DNA of 39,122 bases from Octopus sinensis (lineage: Eukaryota). How positions within the stretch are numbered: the stretch's first letter is position 1; each line of letters begins with the position of its first letter. Positions 37,501 through 39,122 of this stretch are shown piece after piece. Position numbers and translations under genes: made by a program. The notes below the pieces were generated by a model. The model saw nothing but the letters and a program-made list of their open reading frames with translations. It was not told the DNA's origin and did no database searches. The DNA is taken from assembly GCF_006345805.1 (NCBI RefSeq), contig NW_021835723.1:1-39122 (forward strand). Reading direction: 5' to 3'.

Positions 37501-37820
37501 GGTTGATAGACGCCCTATTAAAACATAAGTTAAAAAATGTTTAGGGAATATAAAATAGATAGGGATTTGATCTGAGGTCTTGTGTTGAAACTAAAGCAAT
37601 TTTGGATTAAACGGCACATATTAGCCATTAAAAAGAAATCAAAGACTGCTAACCTTATTTGGCGACTTGTCTAAATTTTCGTCACTAATTCTACGACCTG
37701 GTCATTGACATGACTTCACTACAGTCTTAGTGTGTATCTGAAGCTCTGAGATGCGCCTTCCACGGTGCAGTATAATTTCTCCTTACTTCTATGACCTACG
37801 TTCATATCTGGTGTGTTTCT

Positions 37821-37873
<53 letters not shown>

Positions 37874-37940
37874 TTAACCACACAACTCAATACAAAACAC
37901 CACTAACCCCTATACACTCCCTATACCATTCACATCTCTA

Positions 37941-38004
37941 AATCCAGAACTACTTACCTCCCTTAAAAATAATCCAGAACTACTTAACTCCCTTACAAAT
38001 AATC
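37941..38004. repeat. Tandem duplication of a 30 bp unit
   Basis: AATCCAGAACTACTTACCTCCCTTAAAAAT followed by AATCCAGAACTACTTAACTCCCTTACAAAT. Confidence 0.9.
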
Positions 38005-38054
38005 TTTTTTCTCAGGAACTATTAGACCTGACACCGTGTATTAGCCGGTCTTTT

Positions 38055-38095
38055 CAAAGCGATGAATAGAGTTGCGGAAACCATGGTACGCTTTG
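38055..38095 (+). ncRNA. Degenerate type I hammerhead motif, core lacking CUG and probably inactive
   Basis: CAAAGCG, ATGA, atagagttgcg, GAA, ACCATGGT, A, CGCTTTG. Perfect 7 bp stem I and palindromic stem III, but truncated core and poorly paired stem II. Confidence 0.5.
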
Positions 38096-38806
38096 TTTTC
38101 TCACTTTATTATCATCTTATAATCATCCCATAATAATGGCTTTTATGACTCTTATTACTACCTCAGTCCATCTAAATGTATATATTTGTCGTTACCTGCC
38201 ATAAATAGCCTTTTTTTATTTACAATGTGTATTTTCGTCGATTTTTCATATTTCACCCTTACATTTCCACGGGTATTTTATATTTTCTTTTTGTAACATA
38301 TTTCTACTATACATATATATGTATTAGTACAAATGGGTATATATAGACTTCAGTAGGATAGAAATATCCAAATTAGACTGATTGAATATCTCATAATATT
38401 GCCACAGGCAACAATGAAATTTTAGGTAACAGAGAGACGAGAGAGAGAGAGAGAGGGGGAGGGAGGGGAGGAAGGGGGAGAGAGATAGAGAGTGCGCTGC
38501 ATGTGTAGACGTATACCCGTGATTGTATGCGTAAATATCAATAAGATTTGTATATTAACTTTTAATATTTATAGACATCATTTTCCCCTCTTTATACATA
38601 CATACATGCACATACCTACATACATACATAATTATTTATATATATATATATATATGTGAACAAGAACATATTTTTGTATATATATATATTATTTGTAGAT
38701 ATCCATATATAGATGTGTATATGTATACTCACGCAAACACACAACACAAAACACAACACACATATATGTACAGACACATACACACATATATATATATGTA
38801 TATGTA

Positions 38807-38845
<39 letters not shown>

Positions 38846-39122
38846 GCGTGTGTGTGAGCACTTCTGCATTTTTCAAACTAATAATTATTAAAAACGATTT
38901 ATATATATATATATATAGAATATATATATATATTATATTATAATATAATAAATATGAAAGGAGGAGAGATAGAGAGAGAGAGAAAGAGAGAAGAGAAGAG
39001 AGAGAGAGAGAGTGACAAATAGAGAGATAGAAGTAGAAAGAGCAAGATGGATAGAGACAATACGCAAATTGAAAAGTGATGCAGCTACTAAAATAGAACG
39101 CAGGAGAGACGCATTGTGAAGC

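Overview
This is AT-rich, repeat-saturated eukaryotic non-coding DNA (intergenic or large-intron). The SINE families and the dense (TA)n, (TAGA)n, (ATC)n and (TAA)n microsatellites point to an octopod cephalopod such as Octopus; that assignment is inference. No complete protein-coding gene is recognisable, and almost all ORFs in the supplied track are microsatellite or SINE artefacts. The window holds more than 30 copies or fragments of four to five tRNA-derived SINE families, several with clear 12-15 bp target-site duplications and one dimeric form. It also holds decayed LINE remnants (Tx1/L1-like ORF2, an R4/Dong-like restriction-like-endonuclease 3' end abutting a TAA tract, an RTE C-terminus), a ~550 bp TAA-flanked element, a 3 x 184 bp tandem repeat and one plausible 135 nt internal exon. 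The most interesting signal is a set of type I hammerhead ribozyme motifs: two near-complete (29409-29497 and 30275-30347, both minus) and one with a damaged core (38055-38095, plus). Each lies in a short non-coding module next to TA microsatellites and has a different palindromic stem III, and the two near-complete ones have unusually long stem II extensions. This suggests Penelope-derived or retrozyme-like non-autonomous elements. A frameshifted Asp-rich cryptic reading frame (24390-25613, minus) with a synonymously diverged internal duplication is also notable.
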